A DNA stretch of 64,000 nucleotides from Thermoanaerobaculia bacterium (GCA_963664405.1 OY761158.1:6624001-6688000), one strand, 5' to 3'; counted from the stretch's first letter, positions 1 to 9,297 are shown. Numbers and translations are program-made. The notes: generated from the letters alone by a model not told the origin.

Positions 1-46
1 CTCCAGTCGCTGCTGCGGTAGGAGTCGGGGATCGTAGCTTCGCCAT
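1..46 (-). CDS. Possible N-terminus of a gene running off the window (MAKLRSPTPTAAATG...)
   Basis: Minus-strand ATG at 46 preceded by GAAGG and a TACTAT -10-like hexamer; too short to assign. Confidence 0.35.
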   Translation of the reverse strand, partial: MAKLRSPTPTAAATG

Positions 47-221
47 GGTGTGACCTTCGGAAATGCGATAGTAGAGACCCCTCCCCCGAGATATCCCGTC
101 GTCGGCGTCTCTATATAGAAGGCCATCTATATTATCGCAGTGGAGGCCGTGAGATCAACCGAGTCGCCCTTCACCGAGTCGACATAGACTGGTGACGAGC
201 GCTCAGGAAGGAGGGAGAGCA

Positions 222-584
222 ATGACCTACGATGCGAAAAACGTGTTCGCGAAGATCCTTCGCGGGGAGATTCCCTGCCGCAAAGTCGTCGAGTCTGAGT
301 ACTCGCTCGCCTTCCACGACGTGCGTCCCCAAGCGAGGGTTCACGTTCTAGTGATTCCGAAGGGAAGCTACATGACTCTTGACGAGTTCTGCCGCGAGGC
401 TAGTGCCGAAGAGATTGCAGACTGGCTGCGGACCGTAGCCGAAGTCGCCGAGATTCTCGGTGTCACCGAGTCCGGTTACCGGGTGCTTGCCAACAACGGA
501 GCAGACGCGCACCAGGAGGTTGCACACCTCCACATGCACCTCTTCGGCGGCAGCGACCTAGGCCGCATGATCGAGGCTCCTTGA
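222..584 (+). CDS. HIT family (histidine triad) nucleotide-binding protein
   Basis: NVFAKILRGEIP, HVLVIPK and HLHMHLFGG (HxHxH) motifs; GGAGGGAG RBS before ATG 222. Confidence 0.95.
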   Translation: MTYDAKNVFAKILRGEIPCRKVVESEYSLAFHDVRPQARVHVLVIPKGSYMTLDEFCREASAEEIADWLRTVAEVAEILGVTESGYRVLANNGADAHQEVAHLHMHLFGGSDLGRMIEAP

Positions 585-591
585 CCGCAGC

Positions 592-999
592 TCAGTGGCT
601 GATGAGCGGTTTCAGCGCCTTAGCCTGCTCGATCCAACCGGAGATCCGCTTCTCGCTGGGCGCGACTCTGGCGAGCTTCTTCTTGGCGTTCACTTCCTGA
701 GCCTTAGCGGCGAGTGAGGAGGCATTTCGCCTTCGCAGCTCTTTGACCGTATCGACGCCCGCATTTTCGAGAATCTCGGCATACTGCTTTCCGATTCCGC
801 TAATGCGCATCAGATCGGCCATATTGGCCCATTTGAGTAGCTGCTTCTCAGAGAGGCCCGAGCTCTTGCTCGCTCTGCGGCGGCCCTTTCGGTCGCAAGA
901 GCTCTTCAGCAAGCCTGCAGTCGTGACGATTCCGATCTTCGCGAGCTTTGCCCGGTAAGTCTTGCCAATGCCCTCTATCTCGGCGATCTTGTAGCTCAT
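592..999 (-). CDS. DUF4332 domain (HhH-like) protein
   Basis: MSYKIAEIEGIG...WANMADLMRISGIGKQYAEILENAGVDTVKEL pattern; AAGGAG RBS before ATG 999. Confidence 0.85.
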   Translation of the reverse strand: MSYKIAEIEGIGKTYRAKLAKIGIVTTAGLLKSSCDRKGRRRASKSSGLSEKQLLKWANMADLMRISGIGKQYAEILENAGVDTVKELRRRNASSLAAKAQEVNAKKKLARVAPSEKRISGWIEQAKALKPLISH

Positions 1000-1063
1000 T
1001 CGAATCTCCTTCAGATTCCAATAACCAGAGGAGGAGTTTAGCACTCTGCTCAGAAGTGCGATC

Positions 1064-2482
1064 TCAATTCGGGGCTCGTAGGGGCGGCGCGAAGATGCGT
1101 GCCGGCGGTAGTCTGTCTCGATACGGCAGCGGTACTTCGGCGCTCTCGATGCTGTACGTCTCGCCGCGGACACAAAGCGCGGCGAGGCCGCGCTCGTCCG
1201 CTCTTCGGGCGTAGATGTGGCCGTGGCTGAAGTAGTAAGTGAGGATATTGCTGCCTTGTGAAGTCGCGCTCCACGCACAGCAATTGGTGAGCCCAAGCAG
1301 CTCCCTCGAGTCATCACCGGTGCCCTCGATGACATTCGCGAGGGCGCCGAGCTCGTCGATTGTTGGCAGGCGCCAGTCGTCGAGCTCCCCGATCCGAGAG
1401 CCGTTGCAGAGGTCCGTGGCAGCGGCATGATCCCGAATCGAATCGGCGGCGAGATTCCATTCCTGCCCGTTGCGGAGGTTCTCGACGATTCCCGGAGCCG
1501 AGACGAGGACTGGCGACTCTCCATCCACAACCAGGATTAGGGGCTCCGAGGTTGGGATGCTGATCCGTTGGTCGAAGTAGAGAGTGCCCTTTCGACTCAT
1601 CGCCCGAACCCGGATCTCGTCGCCCGCCTTGCCGGCCGCGTAGCGTTCGCCAAGCTGGATCGCTACGAGGGAGCTGTCGTCGAGCTGGATAAAGCCCGGG
1701 AGGGCCGCTTCAATAACCAGGCCCAGCGCCCCTACGCCGGGTGCCGCCGCCGGCGTGTCACATTCGAGATCCAGGCTGACCCGAGCGCTTCCTTCGACAG
1801 TGGAGAATACCTGCGCTGCCGGCTGGCAGTTGGGCGCCTCGGCCTCAACTCGAAGCACCGGTGTCCACCTCTTCATCGACAGGTCGACGAAACTCGCTTC
1901 GCCGATCCCGTCGGAGAGCGCTGTCGCGATGGCCGTACCTGCTCCGAGCGGATTGATCACCCGTAGCGTGGCGTTGGGCAGGGGCTCGCCCGCCGTTGCC
2001 GAGCTCACTTTCTTGCGTACCTGGACGGAGAGCGAGACGGTAGCGGAAGCCAGGGTATCGAGGCTTGCCCCGCAGCGCTGCTGCGGGTCACGGGGAAGAG
2101 TGCGCTGGTTGTTCTGCTCATTCGACTCCGAAAGACGCCCTTCCGGATCTACCGTGGCCTTCAGCAGGCTCAGCCCCGCCGGCAAGGGCACCTGGGCGAA
2201 ACGAAGCTCGGCGTCGCTTCCGGGAAGGAGCGGGGCGTCGGTGGTCGACTGCTGTGACCAGGGCGGATTCGAAAGTACCTCTAGGCGGAGCTCGACAGGT
2301 CCTGCCGTAGCCCCACTTCCGATATTGGCGAAGCGCACTCGAACTCCGTTACAGAGACCGATTTGGCCCGGTCCCTGGGTTTGAATGGAGATGATCTCGA
2401 GATCTGGTTGACTGGTCGCCGGCGCGGCCAATCGAAGAAGAAGGCCTAGGAGCGCCGAGTGGTGAAGGGCGCGTCGGCTCAC
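1064..2482 (-). CDS. Secreted CARDB + DUF1566 (Lcl C-terminal-like) protein
   Basis: Signal peptide; PDL...VDPEGRLSESNEQNN CARDB motif; C-terminal DWRLPTIDEL...ALCVR. Confidence 0.7.
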   Translation of the reverse strand: MSRRALHHSALLGLLLRLAAPATSQPDLEIISIQTQGPGQIGLCNGVRVRFANIGSGATAGPVELRLEVLSNPPWSQQSTTDAPLLPGSDAELRFAQVPLPAGLSLLKATVDPEGRLSESNEQNNQRTLPRDPQQRCGASLDTLASATVSLSVQVRKKVSSATAGEPLPNATLRVINPLGAGTAIATALSDGIGEASFVDLSMKRWTPVLRVEAEAPNCQPAAQVFSTVEGSARVSLDLECDTPAAAPGVGALGLVIEAALPGFIQLDDSSLVAIQLGERYAAGKAGDEIRVRAMSRKGTLYFDQRISIPTSEPLILVVDGESPVLVSAPGIVENLRNGQEWNLAADSIRDHAAATDLCNGSRIGELDDWRLPTIDELGALANVIEGTGDDSRELLGLTNCCAWSATSQGSNILTYYFSHGHIYARRADERGLAALCVRGETYSIESAEVPLPYRDRLPPARIFAPPLRAPN

Positions 2483-3834
2483 GGCTCGGCTCGGGTACGC
2501 ATCGTCACGAACTCTTCGGCGGTGGTCGGGTGGATCCCGACCGTCGCGTCGAAGTGCGCTTTGGTGGCGCCGCTCTTGAGAGCAATCGCCAGGCCTTGAA
2601 TGATCTCCGCGGCGTCGGGACCGAGCATATGGGCGCCAACTACCCGATCGCTGCTGGGGTCGACCAAGAGCTTGATCAGGGTTCGCTCGCTCCGGCCCGA
2701 AAGAGTGTGCCGCAGGGGCAGAAATCGTGAGCGGTAGACGTCGACTTCCGCGAGAGAGTCCCGGGCTTCTTCCTCGGTGAGTCCGACGGAGCTGAGGCAG
2801 GGTTGCCCGAAGACCGCGGTCGCGATGTCGCGATAGTTCATCGCTGTCGGCGTGTCGCGGAAGAGGGTGTCGACGAGAGCCATCGCCTCGGCGATGGCAA
2901 CGGGGGTCAGGTTCATCCTGTTGGTGACGTCTCCGATCGCCCAGATGTGGGCCGCGCTGGTTCGTGAATAGTCGTCGACCCGAACTGCTCCTTCTCGATC
3001 GAGCTCGACGCCGGCGCGGCGGAGGCCGATTCCCGACGTGCTTGGCGTGCGTCCGGTTGCAAGCAGCACCTGGTCAGCAACGATAGTGGAGCCATCGTCG
3101 AGGTCGAGCACAAGCTCGCCGCCACGACGCTGCAGGCCGATTGCCCGGACCTCGTTCCGTATGTCGATCCCTCGTGCCCTCATCGCTCCTTCCAGCTCCA
3201 GGCGTAGCTCGCGGTCGAAGCCGCGGAGGATGAGCTCTCTGCGGTACAGCAAGCTGACTTTCGAGCCCAGTCCCTCGAAGATGTTCGCGAATTCGACCGC
3301 GATGTAGCCGCCGCCGAGAATGGCGATACGTTTCGGCTGCTCGGCGAGCTCGAAGACATCATCAGAGATCAAGGCAAGGTCATTTCCCGGGAACTCCGGG
3401 CGAGTTGGCCTCCCGCCGGTGGCGATGAGGATGTTTCTGGCGCTGCGCTCTTGAGAGCCGCAGCCGACGATGTTTGGGTCCAAGAGCACTGCACGACTTT
3501 CGAGAATCTCGACGCCGGCATCCTGAAGAAGGCTCCGGTAGATGCCGTTGAGACGGAGGATCTCTCGATCTTTGTTCTCGATCAGGGTGTTCCAGTTGAA
3601 GGTGGGCTCCGGGCCGCTCCAACCGAATCCGACCGAGTCCTCGATCTCGTCGCGGTGGTGCGAGGCGTAGACCATGAGCTTTTTGGGAATGCAGCCGACA
3701 TTGACACAGGTGCCTCCCAGGTCTCGCTCCTCCGCGATCGCTACGCGCGCCCCCGCGCTCGCCGCCATTCTCGCCGCGCGCACACCTCCGCTGCCCGCAC
3801 CGATGACGAAAAGGTCCAGCTCGTTCGATGTCAA
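2479..3834 (-). CDS. gor: Glutathione-disulfide reductase
   Basis: GAGSGG FAD motif, GGTCVNVGCIPKK redox motif, GGGYIAVEFA, HPTTAEEFVTMR. Confidence 0.92.
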   Translation of the reverse strand: MTSNELDLFVIGAGSGGVRAARMAASAGARVAIAEERDLGGTCVNVGCIPKKLMVYASHHRDEIEDSVGFGWSGPEPTFNWNTLIENKDREILRLNGIYRSLLQDAGVEILESRAVLLDPNIVGCGSQERSARNILIATGGRPTRPEFPGNDLALISDDVFELAEQPKRIAILGGGYIAVEFANIFEGLGSKVSLLYRRELILRGFDRELRLELEGAMRARGIDIRNEVRAIGLQRRGGELVLDLDDGSTIVADQVLLATGRTPSTSGIGLRRAGVELDREGAVRVDDYSRTSAAHIWAIGDVTNRMNLTPVAIAEAMALVDTLFRDTPTAMNYRDIATAVFGQPCLSSVGLTEEEARDSLAEVDVYRSRFLPLRHTLSGRSERTLIKLLVDPSSDRVVGAHMLGPDAAEIIQGLAIALKSGATKAHFDATVGIHPTTAEEFVTMRTRAEP

Positions 3835-4640
3835 ATTTCTTCACCTGAAAGAGAGGTTGAAGAGGCGCGACGCGGGCTACTAGGTACTTGGAGGCCCAGA
3901 GCGCGCAGCTGCTCGGTGGCGACCGCTGCCCAACCGCGATTCGCAGCCGGACTCGCGGGACTGGGGTGGAGGATACGTCCGATCTCGATCGGGAGCGAGG
4001 CGCAGGCTTTTCGAATGCGGCCCTCGGCGAAGGCGCCGACTCCGACAACCTTGGTTGCGCCGAGGGTCACGACGATGTCCCTCAAGGCCCGATCGCAGGA
4101 GCCGGTGATGGCGTCGCGGTCGCTACGAAGAAGACGGTCTGGGGTGAGGTTCCTGCCACCGTCGTCGAGGAAGAGGAGGGGGCAGTAGTTGGTGACCCAG
4201 CGATCGCTAAAGAAGGCCTCGGGCGATCCCCAGTGCTCTCGAGCCCAGCCCCAGAGACGCGCACCACTGACCTCCTCCCGCGGACAGGCGAAACCGAGCA
4301 CGGGGCGTTTGGGGTGCTCGGGCACGGGGCGCCCAACCGATTGGTGCTTCAATTTGAGCCAGTCGCTGACCACAGAGACAGCGCCGAACGGTACCCCGGT
4401 CTGGGCCATGCCCCACGGCCCGGGGTTCATCCCGACCAGCACCGTACTCTTGTTGCCGGAGCCATAACGCTCGAGGAGCTCCGAGTGCGGTCGCCAGGCG
4501 TAGTCCAACGGCCTGTACACATAAGCTACAGGGTGAGCGAAAGCCACCTCTCGCAACTCGTCGCGGAGTCGGAGCGTGATTTCGTGAAGAGAGCTCATCG
4601 GCCTAAGAAGAGAGGGGGTTTGCGATGTGGAGCCGCCCAC
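3831..4640 (-). CDS. SMUG1-type single-strand-selective uracil-DNA glycosylase (start may be 4598)
   Basis: GMNPGPWGMAQTGVPFG, HPKRPVLGF, EVSGARLW, NYCPL and HPSPASP motifs. Confidence 0.92.
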   Translation of the reverse strand: MGGSTSQTPSLLRPMSSLHEITLRLRDELREVAFAHPVAYVYRPLDYAWRPHSELLERYGSGNKSTVLVGMNPGPWGMAQTGVPFGAVSVVSDWLKLKHQSVGRPVPEHPKRPVLGFACPREEVSGARLWGWAREHWGSPEAFFSDRWVTNYCPLLFLDDGGRNLTPDRLLRSDRDAITGSCDRALRDIVVTLGATKVVGVGAFAEGRIRKACASLPIEIGRILHPSPASPAANRGWAAVATEQLRALGLQVPSSPRRASSTSLSGEEI

Positions 4641-4660
4641 CTCTTTGTTTAGGGTGCGGC

Positions 4661-5353
4661 TCAGGGAAGTCGGTCTCGAAAGGCGCTGGCGGCAGTAGGG
4701 ATATCGACCTTTGCCTCGCCGAAGAGAAGATCCTCGGGTAGCGGTTTCTCGCGATAAAACCGCGAGACATCCTTACGGCTTATTTTGAGCTTGGCGCCGC
4801 TCAGACTGACGCCGGCGAAAAATCCGGTGGAGTCTGCGTAGGAGTAGATTTGGGCGTCGAGCCGGATGTCAGTGGTACCCTCGACGTCGGCACTGCGTGG
4901 CCCGGCCGCGACAGTGGCGTCGGCTCCTAGTGTGAATTTGCTCTTCATCAAGGAACGGGCACTCCTTTCACTGACGATGAACAGAACGATGTCAGAAGAG
5001 TGTGCCCCGACTTGGAGTCCGATGCTGCCTCCCGACATGCGGAGGAAGGCCGGCGGGCTCCAGTCGCCCGAATTTTGGCGGCAGGATATGACCCCCTTGC
5101 CATGCCTGCCTCCAATACCCAAAGCGCCTTTGATGACTCTGGGAAGAACGGCGATACACGTACACTCGTCGATCAATCTCCCTGGGGGCAGGTTGTCCCC
5201 TTCGAGCAGTTTCGCTAGGACGTCGCCAGCACGGGCCAGCCGCTCGTCCAGTGACGCAGCCCGGGAAGGAAGTGCCGAGATTGCAGCCAAGATGGTGAGG
5301 GAGAGCAGGACGGGAAGAGTGCTGAGATGCGAGCGCTGCTTGCTGTTGCTCAT
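4661..5353 (-). CDS. SYLF/Ysc84 lipid-binding domain protein
   Basis: GIGGRHGKGVISCR...WSPPAF...GGSIGLQVG...GFFAGVSLSG; signal peptide from ATG 5353. Confidence 0.85.
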   Translation of the reverse strand: MSNSKQRSHLSTLPVLLSLTILAAISALPSRAASLDERLARAGDVLAKLLEGDNLPPGRLIDECTCIAVLPRVIKGALGIGGRHGKGVISCRQNSGDWSPPAFLRMSGGSIGLQVGAHSSDIVLFIVSERSARSLMKSKFTLGADATVAAGPRSADVEGTTDIRLDAQIYSYADSTGFFAGVSLSGAKLKISRKDVSRFYREKPLPEDLLFGEAKVDIPTAASAFRDRLP

Positions 5354-5377
5354 TTCCGTAGGATACCGCAGTACGCG

Positions 5378-6688
5378 ATGAGCGATCCGAGACAGGAGAG
5401 TGCCGACCAGGCCGGCCGCGGTGCAGGGCGAGAGGTGTGGAGTTGGGCGCTCTACGACTTCGCCAACTCTCCGTTCACTACCCTGGTCGTCACCTTTGTC
5501 TACGCGACCTACTTCACCCAGGTTATTGCGGCCAACGAGGAGCGCGGCACGGTGTTGTGGTCGCGGGCGGTGGCCTTGACCGCGATCGCGGTTGCGCTGC
5601 TCTCGCCGTTCCTTGGCGCTTTGGCTGACCGTGGCGGATACCGCAAACTGTTCTTGCTGATCTCGACAGCAGTGTGCGTCGTTGGCAGCGCGGCTCTCTA
5701 CTGGGTCGAGCCGGGGCGGGCCGTAACGGCCCTCCTTTTCTTCGTCCTCGCCAACGTTGCGTTCGAGATGGGAATGGTGTTCTACAACGCTTTCTTGCCG
5801 GACATCGCAACTCCCGGCCGAATCGGTCGAGTTTCGGGTTACGGGTGGGCATTGGGCTACGGTGGCGGCTTGGTCGCTCTCGTTGTGGCTCTTGTAGCCT
5901 TGGTTCAGCCCGAAGTTCCCTGGTTCGGTTTTGCTCGTGACAATGGTGAGAACATACGTGCGACCAACCTTCTGGTAGCCGGCTGGTTCGTGGTTTTCAG
6001 TCTCCCCTTGTTCTTCTGGGTTCACGAAGACAAGTCTAGGGTCTCGCTAGGTGGCAACGTCGTTGCTGAGGCCTACGATCAGCTGCGCGGCACGTTTGGA
6101 GAGATTCGTCGCTATCGCCAGGTTGTTCGGCTACTTCTCGCACGGGTCCTCTACAACGACGGCTTGGTCACGGTGTTTGCTTTCGGGGGTATCTACGCCG
6201 CTGGAACTTTCGACTTCAGCTTCGAGGAAATTCTGGTGTTTGGCATCGTGCTCAATGCGACCGCAGGAGCTGGAGCCTTCATTCTCGGGTTTCTCGACGA
6301 TCGACTAGGCGGTAAGAGGACGCTGACCATCAGTCTCTGGGGCTTGATCGCGGCCTCATCTCTGGCGGTTGTCGCTCCTGACAAGACCACCTTTTGGGTG
6401 GCCGGAATCGTAGTCGGGATCTTCTCCGGTCCCAATCAGTCAGCCAGCCGCTCTCTTCTGGGACGCTTTGTGCCCCCCGAGAAGGAGAACGAGTTCTTCG
6501 GCTTCTTTGCCTTTTCCGGCAAGGCCACCGCCTTCCTCGGTCCGTTCCTGCTCGGCGTTCTTACCGCCGCATTCGGTTCCCAGCGTGCTGGGATCTCGAT
6601 CGTCGTACTCCTTCTCGTCGCCGGTTTGGTGGTGCTGCGAGGAGTCGACGAGGAAGAGGGGATCCGCGTCGCTGCGCGGAGCGGGTAG
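5378..6688 (+). CDS. MFS transporter, UMF1/Atg22-like family
   Basis: WSWALYDFANS, FYNAFLPDIA, GRVSGYGWALGYGG, QSASRSLL, EFFGFFA; about 12 hydrophobic segments. Confidence 0.9.
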   Translation: MSDPRQESADQAGRGAGREVWSWALYDFANSPFTTLVVTFVYATYFTQVIAANEERGTVLWSRAVALTAIAVALLSPFLGALADRGGYRKLFLLISTAVCVVGSAALYWVEPGRAVTALLFFVLANVAFEMGMVFYNAFLPDIATPGRIGRVSGYGWALGYGGGLVALVVALVALVQPEVPWFGFARDNGENIRATNLLVAGWFVVFSLPLFFWVHEDKSRVSLGGNVVAEAYDQLRGTFGEIRRYRQVVRLLLARVLYNDGLVTVFAFGGIYAAGTFDFSFEEILVFGIVLNATAGAGAFILGFLDDRLGGKRTLTISLWGLIAASSLAVVAPDKTTFWVAGIVVGIFSGPNQSASRSLLGRFVPPEKENEFFGFFAFSGKATAFLGPFLLGVLTAAFGSQRAGISIVVLLLVAGLVVLRGVDEEEGIRVAARSG

Positions 6689-6740
6689 GAGAGGCTACCT
6701 GCTGGCGCCGGCGAGATTAGAGTTATAGCGATCGAAAGCC

Positions 6741-6766
6741 GGGGCCGCCCCTGACGGGACGGCCCC
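6741..6766 (-). terminator. GC-rich hairpin between convergent genes, likely terminator
   Basis: GGGGCCGCCCC-TGAC-GGGACGGCCCC; a short T run follows on the minus strand. Confidence 0.5.
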
Positions 6767-6785
6767 AGTCCGGCTCTCTTCTGCA

Positions 6786-6952
6786 CTAGACCAGCGTTTC
6801 CAAAGTTCGCGCACATATCTCGGCCCCTTCTGCCCGCTGCCGGCGTTGCGCCTCCTCAACATATTCCCCAATATGCCTGCGTCGGCGCGCCTAGCCAGCG
6901 AACAGAATGAGCTCGAGCTATGCAGCACGAACTCTGGAAAACGCTGGTCTAG
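6786..6952 (-). repeat. Palindromic CTAG-bounded element, copy 1
   Basis: CTAG at 6786 and 6949; imperfect inverted arms of ~55 bp; central core shared with 27223-27263. Confidence 0.85.
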
Positions 6953-6957
6953 CTCCC

Positions 6958-7704
6958 TCAGAACGAAGCAGCGATCGAGATACCGCCGTAAAAGTCCACT
7001 TTCTGGGTCGGAAGGACCATGGTGTCCAGAGAGTCGGTGTAGTTTGCGAAGAAGGAGACGCCCCAGATCTCTCCCGCCGGGATGGTGAGCGATCCTCCGA
7101 TGGTGCCGGCGAAAAGGCCACTGTCGACCCCTCCTGCGTAGAAGGCCGCGAAGTCCGAATCGGCGAAGGAGGCAATGAGGTCGACGCCCCACTCGACTCC
7201 ACGGTCACCGATCTCCGAGCCGAAGGAAACGCCGAGCTCGGCGTAGAGAGCGTCTACCTCGTCCATGTCGTAGTAGAGGGTCAGACTCGGCGAGGCGACG
7301 ACGTCGAGGCCGAGGCCGAGGTAGACCTCGCGAGTACCTTCAAAGACTGTATTTGGAAAGGTGTAGTCGATGTAGCCAACCTCGGCACTGAGAATGCCCT
7401 CGGTTGGAAAGGCATAGGCCAGCGCGAGGTCGAGCTCACTGAACTCGCCCTCGAGGCTGTTGACATCGTCAATGTCGAGGTTCCCCCATGTGTTGAAAGA
7501 GAATCCACTTTCGTGGGAGATGGTGATCGAGGGCTGAAACACGGCTCCGTCGACGAGTGTGAGGCCGCGCCAGACGTAATGCGAGACGAAGTCGCCACTG
7601 TAGTCGACGGCGATTTCGGCGGCAGACGCGGCACCGGCGCCGGCAAGAAGCAGGGCGAGAGCAAGCAATAGAAGCGAGACGGTACTCAAAGTGCGGCGAA
7701 ACAT
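6958..7704 (-). CDS. TorF/Gcw_chp-like putative outer-membrane beta-barrel
   Basis: Signal peptide, SHYVWRG, FQPSI, ELDL..Y, amphipathic strands, terminal Phe. Confidence 0.75.
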   Translation of the reverse strand: MFRRTLSTVSLLLLALALLLAGAGAASAAEIAVDYSGDFVSHYVWRGLTLVDGAVFQPSITISHESGFSFNTWGNLDIDDVNSLEGEFSELDLALAYAFPTEGILSAEVGYIDYTFPNTVFEGTREVYLGLGLDVVASPSLTLYYDMDEVDALYAELGVSFGSEIGDRGVEWGVDLIASFADSDFAAFYAGGVDSGLFAGTIGGSLTIPAGEIWGVSFFANYTDSLDTMVLPTQKVDFYGGISIAASF

Positions 7705-7797
7705 TCTCTTTTCCTCCGGTAGGGTTCTGAGGGAGCGTTTAGGTTGCCGCTCGGAAGCTAGGAGGCCGAACGGCGGCGTGAGACAGGCTCTACAGAT

Positions 7798-7813
7798 CGC
7801 AAGGTGCGTGCCA
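7798..7813 (-). promoter_or_regulatory. Sigma-54 (-24/-12) promoter of the TorF-like gene
   Basis: Minus strand TGGCACGCACCTTGCG matches TGGCACG-N4-TTGC(W), ~95 bp before the ATG. Confidence 0.8.
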
Positions 7814-7913
7814 CCTCTCGACTTGCGAGAGGGAGGTAATGCAACGTGTTATAGGGAAAGGAGATAGCGCATGGCTAGTGGCCGCAGCGCCAATCTCCTC
7901 GCAGCTACGTCAC

Positions 7914-7956
7914 GACGAAAATGTAGGAGCTCGGCGACGGGGTGACGAAATCGTAG
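7914..7956. promoter_or_regulatory. Tandem candidate enhancer (bEBP) sites
   Basis: GACGAAAATGTAG (7914) and GACGAAATCGTAG (7944), 30 bp apart, upstream of the sigma-54 site. Confidence 0.5.
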
Positions 7957-7983
7957 CGAGTGAAGGGGCGAGTAGGCTGTCTT

Positions 7984-9297
7984 TCAGGCGACTCTTTCGC
8001 AGGCCTTCTGCAAACGGCGCAGCCCCTCGTCTACCTCTTCCGTCTCGATCAACATTGAGGGCCCGAGGCGAATCACATTGCCACGAAGGCCGCCGCTGCC
8101 AAGGAGGAGGCCTTCTTCTCGGGCTGCCTCGAGCAACGCTGCCGCCCGAGTCGGGTCGGGCGTACGGCTGGAGGGATCCTCGACCAACTCGGCTGCCTGC
8201 ATCAGTCCCATGCCCCGAACCTCACCGATCCACGGATGACGGCTCGCCATTTCCTCGAGCCCTCGACGTAGTTGGGCTCCCCGTAGCGCGCTGCGTCTAG
8301 GGGTTTCGAGCCTACGCATGACCTCGAGAGTGGTGCGCGCCGCAGCCATTGACAGCGGGTTGCCGCCAAAGGTGGAAATGGTCTTAGCGGTCCACGACTC
8401 GGCGATCTCGGGGCGGGTGATGGTGGCTCCGACCGGCAGACCATTCGCAATGCCTTTGGCCATCACCATGATGTCGGGCTCCACTCCCCAATGCTCGATG
8501 CCGAACCATCGGTCGCCGGTACGCCCGAAGGCGGTCTGGACCTCGTCGCTGATGAAGAGGCCGCCGTAACTCCGAATCACTTCCGCGGCGCGCTCGAAGT
8601 AGCCGGACGGTGGCACGATGAAGCCGCCCACTCCAAGTATGGTTTCAGCGATGAAAGCGGCCGGCCTGCCGCTGGTAGTGGTCTCGATCACCTGTACCAG
8701 ATCTTCGGCGTAGCGCTCGGCGCAGTCACCTGAGCAAGGGCCGTCGCAGAAGGTGCAGCGATAAGGGTACGGGGCGAGGGCGTGTTTGATTCCGGCGATC
8801 GAGGATGGCAGCGGCCGCCATCGTCCGTGGGCGGTGAGATTGGTGCTTAGAGCGCTTCGTCCTGAATAGCCCAGGCGCAGGGCGATCACTTCGCTGCGTC
8901 CGGTATGCTGGCACGCGAGCATCACCGCCGTCTCTACCGCTTCGGTGCCGCTATTGGTAAAAAAGCTCGAGGATAGCTCGCCAGGGCTGATTTCGCTCAG
9001 AGCTCGCGCAGTATCGACCTGGGGCTCATTTACGTAGCAGGTCGAGATGTGGCCGAGGGTGCGAGCTTGGGCGGACAGAGCCTCGACGACTTCCGGATGG
9101 CAATGGCCGAGCGAAGTGGTGAGGATCCCGGCGAAAAAATCGAGGTACTCGCGACCTTCGCTGTCACGGACCCAGACTCCCTCGCCTTCGCTCAAGACCA
9201 ACGGTTGCTGGTAGTAGGGCGGGGCGCAGGGGAAGAGATAGCGTCGATGATCGTCGAGAATGTCGGCGGCGGGGGACACCAGGGGACTTTGCGTCAT
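7984..9297 (-). CDS. Class-III PLP aminotransferase (AGXT2/GABA-AT-like)
   Basis: YLDFFAGI, FTNSGTEA, FISDEVQTAFGRTG, PDIMVMAKGIANG, STFGGNP. Confidence 0.92.
   Translation of the reverse strand: MTQSPLVSPAADILDDHRRYLFPCAPPYYQQPLVLSEGEGVWVRDSEGREYLDFFAGILTTSLGHCHPEVVEALSAQARTLGHISTCYVNEPQVDTARALSEISPGELSSSFFTNSGTEAVETAVMLACQHTGRSEVIALRLGYSGRSALSTNLTAHGRWRPLPSSIAGIKHALAPYPYRCTFCDGPCSGDCAERYAEDLVQVIETTTSGRPAAFIAETILGVGGFIVPPSGYFERAAEVIRSYGGLFISDEVQTAFGRTGDRWFGIEHWGVEPDIMVMAKGIANGLPVGATITRPEIAESWTAKTISTFGGNPLSMAAARTTLEVMRRLETPRRSALRGAQLRRGLEEMASRHPWIGEVRGMGLMQAAELVEDPSSRTPDPTRAAALLEAAREEGLLLGSGGLRGNVIRLGPSMLIETEEVDEGLRRLQKACERVA

Noticed and set aside
158-181. CACCGAGTCG resembling the 3' end of a Cas9 tracrRNA
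   Set aside because: Short match without the closing hairpin or any cas context; likely chance.
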